A DNA stretch of 64,000 nt from Octopus sinensis (taxonomy: Eukaryota). Where the stretch lies: NCBI RefSeq assembly GCF_006345805.1, contig NC_042997.1:49662001-49726000 (forward strand), read 5' to 3'. The notes below the pieces were generated by a model. That model made no database searches, was not told the DNA's origin, and worked only from the letters and a program-made list of their open reading frames with translations. The translations under genes and the position numbers were made by a program. This document shows, piece after piece, positions 36,271-49,960 of this stretch (the first letter of the stretch is position 1; each line of letters begins with the position of its first letter).

Positions 36271-38359
36271 TTTATAATTAAGTAAGATGGTGTAAGCGGG
36301 TGTAAAATTATTGTAGAAATGAACGTTCCCGCACCCCAAACTAGCACCATCGAGGTGCTTGGGTGAGGCATTAATCCCGGTCGGGTGACGACGGGGCGGA
36401 AAAAATTAAGAGGCTTAGTGCCTCGTATTGTGTATCAAAATTAAGTTAAGAGGTTTAATGCCTCGGTTTGTTGTTGTTTTTTTAGTTTATTGTTTGTAAG
36501 AGGCTCAGCGCCTCAATTTATAATGAACTACGGAACTAAAGTAAGAGGTTTGATACCTGGTATTGTTTTTACTGTTAAAAAAAAAAGAATAATGTTTTAG
36601 AGAAGCAAAAGATCGGCGGGAGTCTTTTGTTTTCTCCCATCAATATCATCCTCTTCGTCACTCACCTCATCAATGTCTTTGTCCAGCCCGCAAGCTACTC
36701 CCTCGGTGGTATGCCTTTATGGCAAACTTTTGAAATAAAGTATTATTAGGAATTGTATTAAAATTGTTTTTTTTTTCAAATATTTTTTATTTTGCAAAAG
36801 TATAACCAACTTATTCTGCATAAATTTTAACAACAATATATTATACGAACACTAAGCGCCGTATGAACTCCAGATGAGGACCACTACATTGGTGATATAA
36901 TCCATAACTTCTACTTAGTTTCTGTAGTCCAGTTTTTACTCACAAAGGTTGGGCCGATTCGAATTTATGGAAAAAATATACTTGGGCAAGTATTACCCCC
37001 AGTTGTGACTCAGAGATCCTTTAAGAAGTAAAAGTAGTTTTCAATAGGCTATAATCCGACAAAACAAAACTTTTAATTAAACACGTAATTATTTCTTTTT
37101 TCCTTTTGTTTTGGTGAAATTTAGATTCTTCTGTACTTAATTTCATTCTTTTAATTCTTCAGTGACATGACTTAACTTGTTAACTGAAGAGAAAGTAGCT
37201 CAATATACTCAAAACCAAATCAAGTTTATTATTATTAAGTTATTAAAGGATGTAGACTTCTTGCAATATGTCTGATGCTATGGTGCCCACAACATAACCA
37301 AAGCTTTAATTTTAGTATAAATATTAGCTTAAGATTTATACGTTTGTATTTGGTTTGTGATAAAAGGTTTGCAATGAGATTTGTTGTCTAATATGTTCAG
37401 AGTCTTACACTGGAATACTACTCTCAAATCGCAGCATCAGATAAGATTCTCAGTTCAACGTCATCTGTTTTATAGAAAACATTGTAAGGGATAGATTAAA
37501 GAAGAAAATATAGCCACATTCAAGCTTCTAAATAAACTAGATGTGTGTGTGTATGCGTGTGTGTTGTATGTGTATGTGAGCGCGCTAATACGTGCTTGCT
37601 ACTTATATGTATATTTCTCTGAACACTCAAAGCAGAAGCAAAGCGGAAATTCAGCTTCGAACAAATCCACATTTATCTGTATTTCACTTGGTAAAAAAAA
37701 ACTGAAAGTTTCGGTGCAACATTTTAATCAGTAATCATGTTGAGCAAAAGTGAATGTTTCCACGTTTCTCAAAAAATAAAAAAAAAACAACGGAGATTAA
37801 CGACGTCTCATATACTATTGCAATATAGTTTACATACCTAATTGGTTCTAAGAGACGAAGGAATGACAAAAAAGTGTTTGCTTGCATCTTATATATAACA
37901 CATAATGATTTTTATATCATTAAACATGTAGTAATTCCATCATTACAATAGGTGACATTTCAAAAATAGTACAAGGAAGTTGTTTCAATGCCTCGTATGA
38001 TCACGGTTTCATGTTTTTATTTACTTCGTTGTTGCTATTAGACACTCTTTTTTCCAAGAGATAATCTCTCGTTCATTCAATCAACGATTTGCTTTTATAC
38101 TCACGTTTCAGTTAATCCCCCTTGCTTTACATAGCTTGTTTTTCGTCATGTAATCGCAACCGATCCTCCTCTATAAAACCGATTCTTTTGCATGTGTAAA
38201 TAAATTATTGCCGAACAACATGAAACATTTTCTGTTCACGATTTACAATAAAAGAAAATCCTGTGCCTCGCTGGTATAAGTTCATATAACTACAACTTAA
38301 ACATTTATTCCTTCAATAGATTGGTTTCTATTAAATTCTTTATTTCTTTCTCCAAATAC

Positions 38360-38520
38360 CAATATTGGTTTCAAATTTGGCACAAGGCCAGTAATTTCGA
38401 GGGAGAGGCACTTATTTTATCGATCCCAATAAGATAAAAAGCAAAGTCGACCCCGGCAGCATTTGAACTCAGAACGCATTTTGCCCGACGTACTGACAAT
38501 TTTACCAGCTCGCCTCCTTG
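38360..38520 (-). mobile_element. SINE family B, diverged
   Basis: Family motifs on minus strand. Confidence 0.75.
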
Positions 38521-38997
38521 TCTCCAAATACCAATATTGAACTATAATTGTATGAATTGTGATAATGATGGCGGAGACGACAACGACGATAGTGCAGATA
38601 ATCACGAATGTGGTTTCTTACAGTTCTTCAGGGTACAGTGTAGACAATGAATTGCTGATACTTGCATTACCGATCCCAGAAAAATAAAAGTCGAAGTCAA
38701 ACTTTGAATATACAGGCTGGAAATAAAATTCTTTAAAGTATTTAGTTTGACATTCTAATATCCATTCTGGCCCACTGATGATGAGGTTCTTTATCATCTA
38801 GAATCCACACATCACAAATGGAATTTAATCCAGTCAATGAATCGTTTGAATAAGTAACAGCTATAACTTTTCATCATTAGCATTAGCGTTTCTTTACTGT
38901 CATTCTTGTTGGTGGTTGTTGCTGTTGTTGTTAAGCAACAAGATGGGTAAGGGTGATTAGGTGATGGTCTAGGGCTTAGGGGCTAGAGACCCCAGAC

Positions 38998-39154
38998 CTT
39001 GGAAAAAAAAATTTGGTCGTCTTGTTGTAGTCGAGGGCTCTTCGTTGACGCCCGACATCACTGGGAGGTTGCCCTCGAAGTCGCTGGAAATGGAGATCTC
39101 CAGGTCCAAATTCTTGAACGGTTGTTGTTGGTGGTGGTAGTGGTGGTGCTGATG
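38998..39154 (-). CDS. Candidate exon (HQHHHYHHQQQPFKNLDLEISISSDFEGNLPVMSGVNEEPSTTTRRPNFFFQ), product unknown
   Basis: Open frame with G/C at most third positions in AT-rich surroundings; splice sites only moderate. Confidence 0.35.
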
Positions 39155-39379
39155 CTGGTGGTGGTTGTGTTTTGTACAAAAAGACCAGAAATAAAATTCA
39201 ATGCAATGTGTCATGTTCGGTTCTTGATAAAAAAAATGTGAGCATGTTACATATTATCGTCAAACCTCAGATTACATGAATAAATGATAAGATAGTACAA
39301 ACAATGGAAGACATTGACATGTGAAAGCAGAACAAGAACAGAAATAAATAAGCAACTAAATTATTGAGTGCAATGTCAC

Positions 39380-39870
39380 AGAAGTGAAGACAGGATACAA
39401 CTGATTAAATCGACCCTATCGATACCCGAAGAAGCAAAGGCGGTACAAAATATTCGTTTCAAATTTTGGTGCAACGTCAGCAGGTTTGGGGAAATGGATA
39501 ATTCGTTACATAAACATCAGCGTTCAACTGGTACTTATTCCATCGATCCTGAAAGGATGAAAGGCATAGTCGACCTCGGTGGAATTTGAACTCAGAAGTC
39601 GGAAGAAATGCCACTAAGCCTTTTTCTCCGGCGCGGTAAGACTCTGCCAGCTCGCTGCCTAACGCAGTACAATATATTGGTTTTAATTTTTGGTACAAAG
39701 CCAGCAATTTCGGGGGAGTGGGTAAGTCGATTAGATCGAGCCCAGTGCTTAACTGATACTTATTTTATCAACCCCGAAATGATGAAAGGCAAAGTCGGCC
39801 TCGACGGCATTTGAATGGATGAAATACGGCTAATCATTTTCTCAAGTACCGTAACGACTCTACTTAAGGC
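39380..39870 (-). mobile_element. Cluster of three SINE-B copies or fragments
   Basis: Repeated gaaaggatgaaaggcaaagtcgacctcg-like cores. Confidence 0.8.
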
Positions 39871-40536
39871 GGTTACAATATATTTAAGGCAGATAAGGTA
39901 ATGAAATACACAAGTTATTTTGAGTGCTAACCCCTCGATTCTGCCAATTAACCATATTAAGAGAAAGTAATATTAACAATTCCATTATAGATACATAAGC
40001 GTTGAATTGGCCGACTCGTTAGAATTTAGAGCAAAACGCTTTGATATATTATTCTGGATCTCTGCACACTTAGTTCACATACTGGCGATAAAATAAAGTA
40101 TAAATGCAGGCGTAAGGACCAGCAGAATTCTATGCGAGTCGGATGAGAGCTTCTTCGGTATTTGTTCCGGTTCGTTTTGTACTGATTTCTAAGGTGGTTG
40201 AAAACTACCGAGTACTTGAGTATATTTCTGCAAATTTCTGGTACAGAAACAATTGTAACTGATTAGAAACTTATGTTCTATTTATTCTCTGTCTTCTTAC
40301 TTTTATTATTGTAAGACACACGCGTTTGAAATTCCTCGATTTTCTACCCTAACAGGACCTACACTACTTTCACACACACACACACTCACACACACACTCA
40401 CACACGCACACACACACACACACACACGTGTATGTATGTGTGTATGTATGTGTGTATGTATGTATGTATGTATGTATGTATGTATGTATGTATGTATGTG
40501 TGAGTGTATGTATGTATGTATATATATGTATGTATG

Positions 40537-40570
<34 letters not shown>

Positions 40571-40935
40571 TGTATGTATGCAGATGCGCGTGTGTAGAAA
40601 CTAGTAACTGCTTCCAGAGGAAGAAATTCCTTCTAAAGGTCGCGTTGGAATTATCCCTGTTAAAGTCTGAACTCAGAACTTTTGCACATAACCTCACTCC
40701 ACCCAGTAAACAAGCCGTGTTGCCATCAGCAACTGCCGGTCTCTTTCTCAATCTGCTCCTTTTTAATACGTGTGTGTCAGTGTTTGTGTATGCTTAGATA
40801 TATGTGTGTGTATATGTGCATGCGTGTATGTGTGTATATATATATGTGTGTGTGTACACACACATGTATACATGCATGTATATGTGTGTATATATGTTCA
40901 TGTATGTGTATACGCACCTACATACATACAGCTAG

Positions 40936-40967
40936 ATAGATTGATAGATAGATAGATAGATAGATAG

Positions 40968-41009
<42 letters not shown>

Positions 41010-41018
41010 GTAGATAGG

Positions 41019-41116
<98 letters not shown>

Positions 41117-41125
41117 GTAGATAGG

Positions 41126-41195
<70 letters not shown>
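40936..41195. repeat. (GATA)n array
   Basis: Direct reading. Confidence 0.98.
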
Positions 41196-41714
41196 CACAT
41201 ACACACACGTATATTTTTATACATACACATGAATGTGTGTGCGTATGCGAGTATATAAGATAAAGAGAACATTTTTTGGTATAGAACGTATGGTACTGTA
41301 TTAACGAAACTGTATTCACTGTAGAATGACCAGTGTATGGAATACGTAAGAGAAAGAAGAAAGACGAAGGTGAGATGGAGGGAATGATAACAGGGAAGGA
41401 CACCAGGCTGAGAAACGGACATAGATTTCAGTCGAACGGGAGAGATATTGACATAGAGTAAGGAACAGAATACTAGAGAGTGTAAACGGTGAGAGGCAGA
41501 GAATGTATGTTGGGTAAAGAGAACTTTGTTTTAATTAGCGTCAGTTATGAAACATGTTAACCAGATTTCTTTAGGATCGAGATTTAGATAAGCCAGGAGT
41601 CTTGTTTTGATTGGGAAATTATCATTTAATTATTGTCCTTCTAGAATAAGCTGTAGAATGCATTAGACCATAATGAATTCGGCAATAATATTTATTTGTA
41701 ACTGGGTGATGTTT

Positions 41715-41925
41715 TTGTTGTTTAACCCCTTGTCATCCTTGATTTAGCAAACCAATGATCAAAGACACTTCAGCCGTGATCATATCGAAGATTTGAAGGG
41801 TATGAAAGGCTACAATCATCCAAATTGCCATTTACCCTTTCAGTATTTAACATACTGTGATGTGATTAAAGGGGATTTTGTCTCCTAATTCTAGTGGGTC
41901 AAACGACTTCATAGAGATAACATTC
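41715..41925 (-). repeat. Family E relic
   Basis: Matches 27880-28050. Confidence 0.45.
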
Positions 41926-42189
41926 TTTTACTGGATCGTAAAGGCTCGTAAGGCCGACGGTTTGGCGAAGTCAGTCGGCTCAACATGAGACATTTGATGT
42001 TGTTTTGTCCCCGCTCTTTATATACTGAGTTCAAATCCTACTATTAATGTTCATCCCATCGGAGTTGATAAAAAGAATTTCACCACAATACTGTCAATTA
42101 TACTAATTATCATATTCAAAAATTAATTTACCGTCAACTTACTCATTCCTATATTTAGCATTATATTTAAAACAATAACGAAGCAAGAA

Positions 42190-42990
42190 AAAAACTTAAC
42201 TATTCATCATTTGTAATAAATGTTGTGCAAAGAAATAATCTCCAAGTGACTGGTAATGGCACCCCAGTTTCTTTTCCTGTTTGCTCAGCAAAGAGCTTTG
42301 AATTAAACGCTTGTATCAACTTGATCCCGCGTCGCAGTAACATGTAGCTTTTCTGTTTTATTATATTTTTCTGCATCAAGTTCATACCGACGACGACCAT
42401 TCAACTGACCAACAATTTTTATGAGCAATCTCGATTCAAGTTCATTATTCTTGTACTTCTTTAAGGAAATTTGACGTTCATGCTTTTCCCACGGATCGCA
42501 GTCATTTTCTATCATATCCCTGCTCCTGAGTTAAGTAGGAAGAACAGATCAAAAGTTATTTATCGGTGAGTTTATAAGACACTGATTGCCTACTCTTGGG
42601 AGCTGGTTTGTAGTGCATTTTTCTTTTACAAATTTTGTTAATTATGATTGCGAATGCTTAGGATCTTTGCCATATATTCAAAACTGTATCAGGAAATGTA
42701 TTTTTTGACCACCAGGTTAATAATTTAACGATTGAGCTTGGATCATAGCTGATCTTTGAAATGATTTATTTCTGACGAAGACCACTACTTTCAGAGAAAA
42801 GAATGGACCTGTATACACATATACCCCAACTTCTACAGCTCCTTCGTATTTTTCCCAACCACACAACCGATTTCTTGTGCACGACGCGGTCGATTTCCTG
42901 TTCACTATGCAGTATTTTCCAACTAATTGTTGTCGCTGAAATACCAACATCAAACCGCGATATCGCGTGACCTTTCTCTACCAATCGAAG
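42190..42990 (-). pseudogene. Unidentified decayed coding-like region
   Basis: Four overlapping non-repetitive minus-strand ORFs of 66-78 aa in about 800 bp, as expected from a frameshifted ORF; no family recognised. Confidence 0.35.
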
Positions 42991-43408
42991 GCTAACGTCC
43001 AGTAGTAAATATTAACTTTCTATAATCGAGCTATTATTCAGACCAAAATGGCCGAAGACTAGGCACACGCTTGAAACCCAGAATACCAAGGAGTCTGAAT
43101 CAAACTGTTTTGATTTATACATGTAACTCTCAATAAATGTGTTAAGTGCCCTTCATTCGTTTGTCAACTTACGTGTGTGTGTGTGTGTGTGGGTGTGTAT
43201 GTGTGTGTGGGGGGGGGTGTATGTGTGGTGGGGGGGTCAAGTATATACGTCAATCTCTCGTGACATACTTTCCTAGGATGAAAAAATGTCTTAAAGAAAA
43301 GGTAGTGATATGAAATATATAGTACCAGCCTTAACCCTCGAATTTCTGTGTGTATATGTGGTCATGTGTGTATATATGTATGCATTGACATACACATACA
43401 TACATACA

Positions 43409-43443
<35 letters not shown>

Positions 43444-43510
43444 CATGGCTCTATAAACATTTCAAGTGTAATTATCCATACAAATTCTCTGTGTGTACAT
43501 TCCCCGCCGC

Positions 43511-43561
<51 letters not shown>

Positions 43562-44059
43562 ACACGAATACACACATTATCAATATACGATCGTTTTCCG
43601 GCACATTTCATTTGGAAAGATTAGTTGATGCGAAAATTATTTTCAATGGTAGGTTGTTAGTAGTCGCTCTTCACTCTTGTCTAAATAAGGGATATTTCAG
43701 ATATCATAACAATAGCGACTAACGGACACTCGTGTCATAGTAAAAAAAAAAGGGGGTCAGACGATATGTTTACCGTTGCGATTGGTAGCTCTCAAAGCAA
43801 TTCATTCACGCTGTAATAGTTATTTATCTAAAACTACCTGTTGTGATACAAAACAAGGCTCACAGAAGCATGTAATGCAGTAAATAAGCAGCAGGCTTTC
43901 AAAGTATTTGCTTTATACAAATTGGTTTATTATTTTTCGTTTTGTGTCTCAGAACGTATTTCGTTTAATTAGAATGTTTATCATGTTTATCTTTAGCTGA
44001 AAATCTGTCCGTTTATACATATATACATACATACCTACATACACGCATGCATAATATAA

Positions 44060-44420
44060 TTATTGGGACCCTGGGATATGTAACACACTGCCTAAAATCC
44101 AATCTTGAGAAATTAGGCTTTTCAAGACTAGAATGGAGAAAGCTGATTCGAAGGCTACAGATCCAATCCATTACCAGAACTGTAAAAGTCTGTAAAACTT
44201 TCCAGAAGTTTGTCATTTGAATATATATGAGGATGTCTAGATATGCAACTATATGTATGAGAATAGATACATAAAACAAAACATACAAATCTGCATACAT
44301 ACATACATACGTACCCTGTTGTTGATGTTGTGATTCCAATGAAGGTGACTTGGATCTTGGTTAGAAACCGACTCTTTCTCTGTTGGCAAGAAATCTGGAA
44401 ATAAAACTGAACAATGACAT
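44060..44420 (+). mobile_element. 3' end of an RLE-type non-LTR element
   Basis: IIIGTLGYVTHCLKSNLEKLGFSRLEWRKLIRRLQIQSITRTVKVCKTFQKFVI-stop, 3' UTR, aataaa, then (CATA)n. Confidence 0.8.
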
Positions 44421-44469
44421 ACATACATACATATGTATGTATATATGTATGTATGCATGTATGTATGTA

Positions 44470-44558
<89 letters not shown>

Positions 44559-44565
44559 GTATATA

Positions 44566-46430
44566 CCGTATATTTCCGCGTAAAGTCGACCTTTCAATTC
44601 TAAAATTTACCCTAAAAATTCGGGGTTGTCTTATACCACTATTCTAAAAATCAAACTTTGAATTTTAAGAGATTTTCTAAGTAAGCTAACCTCGACCTCG
44701 GTGCGATAACCATAGACATACGTGAACATATTAACAAAATAAAAAAAAATGTATAATATAGGTAATAAAAACTTTTTTACTTTATATATTATTGGCACAT
44801 CTTCATAATAAATAGCCTATTCGAGAGATAATTCTATTGATATATCATTGGAATCAACTTTTATCTATGCGAACTCGGCTGAGAAAATGTAAAAATCGAG
44901 TCATGGTTGCGCTCACAGTAATCTTTATCTTTCGCTAACCTTTCAAAAATGTTAATGGTGATGCGTAACTGCAGTAATAACATTTTTCTACAAAATTATT
45001 TTACAATAGTTGCATTTAAAACATAAGACATTATAATTGTATTTTTTTTTTAATTTCCTATCAAAATAAATAGTATTAATAAAACATCAAACCTGCCACA
45101 TGTATTTATCTAAAATCTATCAAATTCCTCACAGTCATCACTATCTGTTTCTAAAAGTTTCTCATACATATCACAAGATTCATCACATATGCCATCATCG
45201 CAAGGATTCCAGTCTGGTGCTGGTGAATCGACTTCGACTTCGTCGTCGCTATATACAGAATATCATCTTCAGTACCATCCATGGCATTAGAGATAATGCA
45301 TTTTTAAAATGAATTTATCACATTTTCTACTTTAAATTTGTCCAATGCATTCATAACAAAATTACAGAGAACATCAAGTGAGGCAGCAGGCATAGCTCCA
45401 CGTGTTGTAAAAGATTTTTCTCCATTCAACATCCAGTCATTCCATTGCTCTCTCTCACATTATCATTAAATGGTTTGTTTAAACTGACTTCAAGTGGCTG
45501 CAGTATAGAAGTCAAACCACCAGGAATAACAGTATTGGTTTTGGATAACCGGGTTTTAGTATCTGACGCTACGTGGCTACGAAACATATCCCAAACCAAT
45601 AAACTGCGTTCGTTTCGTATGCCACCTGGCCACATCTTCCAAATATTCTCAATCCATAATTTCACACCACTCTCGTCCATCTACCATTTCTCGTGAAAAT
45701 TAACAAAAACGCCAGGAGGAGGAAAATCTGTTTTGGGCTTTGTTTTACGTTTACAAATAATCATGGGTTTTAATATTTTACCGTCAGCCATGCAGAATAA
45801 TACCACTGTAAACCTCGTTATCTCATATCCTGTGCTTTGAACGTGCGCTGTTTTTACTCCTTTCAAATCTACCGTTTTGTTACCCAGCATGTCAAAGTTT
45901 AATGGAGTGTCATCGATATTCTCAGTACGAGAATATGGAAACTGATGCCTTTTTCTCAGCTGGATTTTGAACTGGTGAAAGCTGGTTACTTTGTGATCGA
46001 GATCTCTGGGGAGTATTTAGGGGATTTTCGTTTTCCCCCATATTACCAGATTTTTTCCTCTTTGTAAAACGATTGTACCAGCCTACTGTTGCTTTAAAAT
46101 CTTTGCTTTCCTCTTTATATGATTTAGCCCATTTTAGGGTATAAGATCTTAATTTATTTCTTGTTACAATGGATCCATCTTGTCTCTGCTGGAGCACCCA
46201 TTCTGCAACATCATTTTCCAATTTCGGCCAACGAGTGCTTCCTCTTCTCATTACAAGTTTTTGTTTGGACATTTGTCTTAATTTTTCGTCATTCTTTCTC
46301 CAAATTGCGAGGAAAACAAAAACATGAAGTAAAACAGAGTGAGATAGGAACGGAAAGTCTATAAGATTATGGAAAGAACTACAAGTAAAAGAAAGCACAG
46401 GAACATTGTAAATTATTGTAAACAAAAAGA
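44566..46430 (-). mobile_element. Decayed pogo/Tigger-type DNA transposon
   Basis: CENP-B-type HTH (WPKLENDVAEWVLQQRQDG...FKATVGWYNRF), DDE_1 motifs (RFTVVLFCMADG, LLVWDMFRSH, GGLTSILQPLEVSLNKPF); TIR-like TA+CCGTATATTTCCGCG at 44564; other end not found. Confidence 0.9.
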
Positions 46431-46635
46431 AAAACTAATGAATTATTGATGAACAAACAAGTATTTAAAATGTTATTTTTGTTGAAAAAAAGACACATAT
46501 GAACGTTCATTTTAAAGGCAGGAAGCGAGAGGAAAGGTCACGGTTTCGCATTGCAGCGAAACTAGATGTGGTTTTAAGGTTAATTGTAAAGTGTATTTGT
46601 AAAGTTAATTGTAAAGTTTAATCATGAAGTGTGTT

Positions 46636-46667
<32 letters not shown>

Positions 46668-46670
<3 letters not shown>

Positions 46671-47482
46671 CGTGGAAAAGTGTGAGCAAGTGAAATAATA
46701 TTCTTAAGATCATAAATCTAGAAAATTACAGGAAAGGTTATTACACTTGGAAAAGTTTGGGACAACTTATTACATCTGTTAAAGTACAGAACAAGAAAGA
46801 TTTTACTTTAAATATTTGCAGCTAAGGATAAAATTTCAAATAAAATATTCAGATTTAGAAAATATTAGCTTTTATTAAAACTAAAAAAATTATTACAAAT
46901 TATTTTTTGCACTTTAAAATAAATTTATTTTTTTATTATTAATTAATAATTAGAAATTAGAAAATAGGTTGCAAAAATAATTAGTAAGTACAATAAAGAG
47001 AATAATACAAAAATTAATTATACATTACAGTAAAACCTACATATAACAACAAATTCACGGTAAACTTTGCTCGAGTTATTGCCTAAATTATTGCCAAGTC
47101 TTCAGATTTTAAATCTTGACCCAATGCCTATATTTACATAATAACGTTGCCTACCATATATGCTATACTACTTTGCATAAAACTTTAGCTATATTGGTAC
47201 TTCTGGCTCTCATTTTTTAAGTATTCTAGTGTGTCTATATCTTAACAAAATGATGGTATCTTTTTTAATTGTAATGTTACTTTGTAAATTAAAATAAAAT
47301 AATTTTTTATATTCAAAGTTTATCCTTAGCTGCAATATTTTAAGTAAACATTTTCTTGTTCTATACTTTACCAGGTGTAATAAGTTGTCCCGAACTTTTT
47401 CAAGTGTAATAACTTGTCCTGTAATTTTCCAGATATATACTCTTAAGAATATTATTTCTCTTGATCGTATTTTTCTATGTAA
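46668..47482. mobile_element. Foldback/MITE-like element with about 185-bp diverged inverted arms
   Basis: 46668-46850 is the diverged reverse complement of 47300-47482. Confidence 0.8.
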
Positions 47483-49819
47483 TTCATATTTTTTATGCTA
47501 ATTAATAATGTGTCAGCAGTGTTGTTGATAATTTTTCCTTACCTCAAAGGTGCCAGTGACATATATTAAAAGTCCCCTTATAGTACTATATTCATAAAAA
47601 ATGTATAGAACTATATTATCACCCTCAAGTTTGAGAAACAAACACTCATAACGTTTTTCTTTTAAAACATCATTGCATGAGATTATACTCTAGAATTATA
47701 CTCTATCATTTAAGCTTAATTAGAATATAGTTTGTTTTTAAAATAAAAAAGTTAATTATACTTAAATCCAATTTTTTGCCTTGTATTTTTTTTCATGATA
47801 TTTTACCTCACAACATTTTTGATACAAATGTTTGTTGCATCGGAAGAAAACTATGAAATTCTTCACGCTTTCTTCTATTATTGAAGTTAAGATAAATATA
47901 ATTTGTTTTTAAAATAAAAAAACATGTTATTTAGATCTAAACTTGATTGGTGGTGTTACTTACTCTCCAATACGTTGCTACAAATTTTTATGTAAACTTT
48001 TTTCAACTCGATCAAATTTCAATATAGCGGCCTTAAGAATATTATTCAACTATTACCGTAGTTGAATTATATATATATATATATCTGTGTGTGTGTGTGT
48101 GTGTGAGTAGTTATGTAAGTATATATATTATGTATGCATGTATATATGTATGTATGTATGTATATATCTGTGTGTGTGTGTGTGTGTGTGTGTACACACA
48201 CATATTTATGTGTATGTGAATGTATGAATTCCCTGGACGAGACTATTATACCAACGATAAATTCTTAATTCAGTTGAGTTAATCGACTAAAAAATTATGC
48301 TAATCGAATAAAATGGATGCTCAACATAAAAGTTTAGTTTGTTCAACATTCACATAATGTTTGCTAAAACAGCATTTATTTGTTATATATATATCTTTTA
48401 TGATGTCTGTGTTATTTTTGTGATAAATAATACAGAGAAGAAAAATGCTAATTCGCATAAATTTTTTGTATGACTAAGGACTTTCAAATATTTTGAGAGA
48501 ACTGAAGGTCTTTTGATATCTCGTCAGCTCTTTTGCATTATATCCCGGCGTCACACAATAGAGAAATAGCTAGCTGTGAAAATAGGTACCTCGAAAATAT
48601 TCCTACGAATGATTTTCGGGAATGTGTGCAATTCGAATAATTGGAGCATGAGTATTTTCTGTGTTTGTCTCTTTGTTATTCAGCTTTGCAAATGCTCCTA
48701 TTTCAGACTTTACGCTGAGTATAACTGGTGTTATCGGCATATCTTATAATTTGTAACCAACCAAACAGAAAATGCTATCCTTAAGAAAACTCACAAACAG
48801 AACCTTATGAGAAATGAGTCAAACTGTACCCCACCACCTATATGTTATGCTACAATAAAAAGTAGATTACTTTAAGATCCTTTTTTCCCCCTTTTTATTT
48901 CTGTAAGTTGTTGTTTTGTATTTCAGGAGGTAGACAGTACATAACTTTGTTATTGGTCGCAGTCGACTGCCGCTAATTTCAATGTCTATAATAACCCTAG
49001 ACTAAATTACTCTATGAATGTTAATTGTTAAGGAGGTTTCTTATTTCTTTATAGTATATGAAATAAAATAACTGGGCTAGTGGAAAGATATACAGAAATA
49101 TAGTCAAATATTTCTCACCAAACAATTTTAAAGTTAACAATGTATTTCTGACAAGAAATATCTAATGAAAACATGGCTACTACCATGTGTTGGTGTTTTG
49201 AAGAACACCAGATCAGTATTCAATGATGATAATTTGTTATGCAAGAGTTTCCTCGCATTAGATCATAGGTTTGAGAGAGGTAAAAACATAATTCACTACA
49301 TATTAATATTCATAATGCGGCGGGTTTGTTTTCTCATGTTAGATAAAATATAGTTGAAGAAGAAATTACTCAACAGACAGTTAATAACAACGTAACTTAT
49401 TATCTTGGCCATATTTTCAAATCCTTAATGCAGAAGTAGAACCTCTCCAAGAAAACAATTGGTTCGTGTATGTTACTGTATAAAAGTTCAAATGTTTAGA
49501 GTCGGGGAATCAACCATATGTTTGGATCTGAAAGTCCGTCTCACTATGTATTATTACGAACAGACTATATCATTATTTTTACATTTCATGCCTCTATGTG
49601 TATTGAGCATTCTCATTCTCCTTGAGTAAACAGGTATAACCTATAACAGACAAATAGACACGCACATATACGCATACATATATTTGTATATGTGTAGCTA
49701 CATACGCGTACTTACATATACAATGGGCGCGCGCGCGCGCACACACACACACACACACGATACTGTTTGTTTTTATGCTGAATCATAACTTAACATTTTA
49801 TGTCGAGTTTATGTCCTTT

Positions 49820-49960
49820 CTGCTAAAGGCACAAGACCTGAAATTTGGGGGAAAGGATTAATCGATTATATCGATCCCAGTACTTGATAGGTACTGATTT
49901 TATCAATCGCGAAGGGTGAAATGCAAAGTCGATCTCAGCGAAATTTGAACTCAGAATGTA
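49820..49960 (-). mobile_element. SINE family B, 5'-truncated
   Basis: Family body and alternative tail. Confidence 0.75.

Noticed and set aside
36408-36559. CRISPR-like repeat-spacer appearance
   Set aside because: Repeats are only about 18 bp and variable, there are no cas genes, and the context is eukaryotic; kept only as a motif array.
48650-48950. Two strong-looking plus-strand splice acceptors
   Set aside because: Frames close within about 25 codons and there are no convincing donors.
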